This document shows, in pieces, positions 62,833 through 64,000 of a DNA stretch of 64,000 bases. Positions within the stretch are counted from its first letter, which is position 1. Each line of letters opens with the position of its first letter. The stretch lies in sequence record OZ346219.1; one strand, given 5' to 3'. The notes under the pieces were generated by a model. It did no database searches and was not told the origin of the DNA. It saw only the letters and a program-made list of their open reading frames with translations. Made by a program: the position numbers and the translations under genes. Origin of the DNA: a phage.

Positions 62833-63121
62833 GTTCTCTATTCTCCATATTATGCAACATAACAAACTGTTGTGCGGCATATTCCCCCATAATAAAACAC
62901 TGCTTAGAATCCATACATTTACTACGAGCATACATCTTCATAATATGGGCATGAAATTTCTGGCTGGTTTCAATGGAAGGAGATATTTTGTTTACATATA
63001 CTATCATTGCACCGTCGAAATAATCAGTAAAGTCACCAGTTGGATCATATTGATCAGCACTGACACTTCCGACCGCAGTCAAGCATATTGCCGCTGTTAG
63101 AGTTTTACGAATAAATGACAT
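62819..63121 (-). CDS. rI: RI-like antiholin (lysis-inhibition) candidate (100 aa)
   Basis: N-terminal signal/anchor MSFIRKTLTAAICLTAVGSVSA plus ~75-aa periplasmic domain; immediately next to tk as rI is in T4. Confidence 0.45.
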   Translation of the reverse strand: MSFIRKTLTAAICLTAVGSVSADQYDPTGDFTDYFDGAMIVYVNKISPSIETSQKFHAHIMKMYARSKCMDSKQCFIMGEYAAQQFVMLHNMENREHEIH

Positions 63122-63189
63122 AAGTCATTCCCCCAGATTTAAAATATTCAGTTATATTTATAATCTGGGGCTTTATTTATGATTAACTC

Positions 63190-63786
63190 TTAGTTGGTAG
63201 TGCCATCAATAAAATGTTTACGGCACACAGAAACATATTTATCCTCTGCACCAACTTCGATTTGAGCACCATCGCGAATAACATTACCCTCTTTATCTAC
63301 ACGAAGGACCATTGTTGCTTTCTTGCCACAATGACAAATACCCTTCATTTCGACCAGTTTATCAGCAAATGCCATCAATGCCGCAGATCCTTCAAATAGA
63401 TTGCCCTGAAAGTCAGTGCGAAGGCCATAGCACAGTACAGGGATATTTGCATCATCAACAAGCGCACACAAGCCTAAAACATGCTCTTTAGTCATAAATT
63501 GGGCTTCATCTACAAATACAGCATCAGGACGCCAGAGATCTGGTCTACGCTTACCTAACGATTCACGATAAACCAAGTCGAAAAGATCATCCGATTCCGT
63601 GAAGGTGATTGCGGGAGCACTTAGACCAATTCGTGAAACAACTTCACTTTCTGAATCTCGATTATCAATCGCTGGCTTAAGAATTAATACTCGCATATCA
63701 CGTTCGGTATAGTTATAAGCACTTTGTAACAGAGAAGTTGATTTGCCAGCGTTCATAGATGCATAGTAGAAATATAGTTGCGCCAT
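63190..63786 (-). CDS. tk: thymidine kinase
   Basis: YFYYASMNAGKSTSLLQSAYNY...VLILKPAIDNRDS...VFVDEAQF...CYGLRTDFQGNLFEGS...CHCGKKA matches T4 Tk. Confidence 0.85.
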   Translation of the reverse strand: MAQLYFYYASMNAGKSTSLLQSAYNYTERDMRVLILKPAIDNRDSESEVVSRIGLSAPAITFTESDDLFDLVYRESLGKRRPDLWRPDAVFVDEAQFMTKEHVLGLCALVDDANIPVLCYGLRTDFQGNLFEGSAALMAFADKLVEMKGICHCGKKATMVLRVDKEGNVIRDGAQIEVGAEDKYVSVCRKHFIDGTTN

Positions 63787-63989
63787 TAATTAATCTCCAA
63801 AAATCCAGCAAGACCTAAACCGATATAAGTCCAGATACAAAGGAAAAAGAAGCAAACACCCATAGCAAAGATAAATCCGCGTAGTGTCTTTGGATAACCT
63901 ACCCAATATTCCCGACCATCTTCTAACCGGATCAACTTATTGCCTTGCGAGTCCATATCAACTACAACATGTTTATTTCGAGATTGCAA
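63786..63989 (-). CDS. small membrane protein (67 aa)
   Basis: C-terminal hydrophobic helix FIFAMGVCFFFLCIWTYIGLGLAGFL; stop abuts the tk start. Confidence 0.4.
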   Translation of the reverse strand: MQSRNKHVVVDMDSQGNKLIRLEDGREYWVGYPKTLRGFIFAMGVCFFFLCIWTYIGLGLAGFLEIN

Positions 63990-64000
63990 TAGATATTGTT

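Noticed and set aside
1-64000. CRISPR arrays, integrase or attachment sites, rRNA genes
   Set aside because: No regularly spaced direct repeats, no integrase-like ORF and no rRNA-like sequence were seen; gene content is that of a virulent T4-like phage.

Overview
The window is a contiguous ~64 kb segment of a T4-like (T-even-related) virulent myophage genome, not a bacterial chromosome. All calls are by eye from ORF translations, conserved motifs and recalled T4 protein sequences and gene order; no database search was run. Gene order follows T4 synteny: a late long-tail-fiber/holin cluster on the + strand (gp35-like, gp36, gp37, holin t; 1-6.5 kb), then a dense minus-strand early/middle block (gp52, rIIB, rIIA, gp39, dexA, dda, gp56, gp61, gp41, uvsX, gp43, regA, gp62/44/45, gp46/47, gp55, nrdH/G/D, endonuclease VII, nrdC, dam, rI-like, tk), interspersed with many small accessory ORFs in hyperplastic regions. 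Most worth a second look: (1) a glycine-rich gp38-type adhesin-like gene (59801-60577) far from the tail-fibre locus, while gp37 ends in an intramolecular-chaperone-like domain and no gp38 follows it; (2) an uncharacterised 489-aa P-loop NTPase operon where T4 carries alpha-gt/55.x; (3) repeated early-promoter/stem-loop cassettes, one class with paired GATC sites in the spacer alongside a phage dam gene; (4) a secreted LprI/DUF1311-like protein, a highly acidic protein and a duplicated rIIB-like HTH mini-ORF; (5) tandem paralog arrays. No rRNA, tRNA or CRISPR array was recognised. Several ORF-track starts are non-ATG; I adjusted starts only where I checked the codon and RBS.
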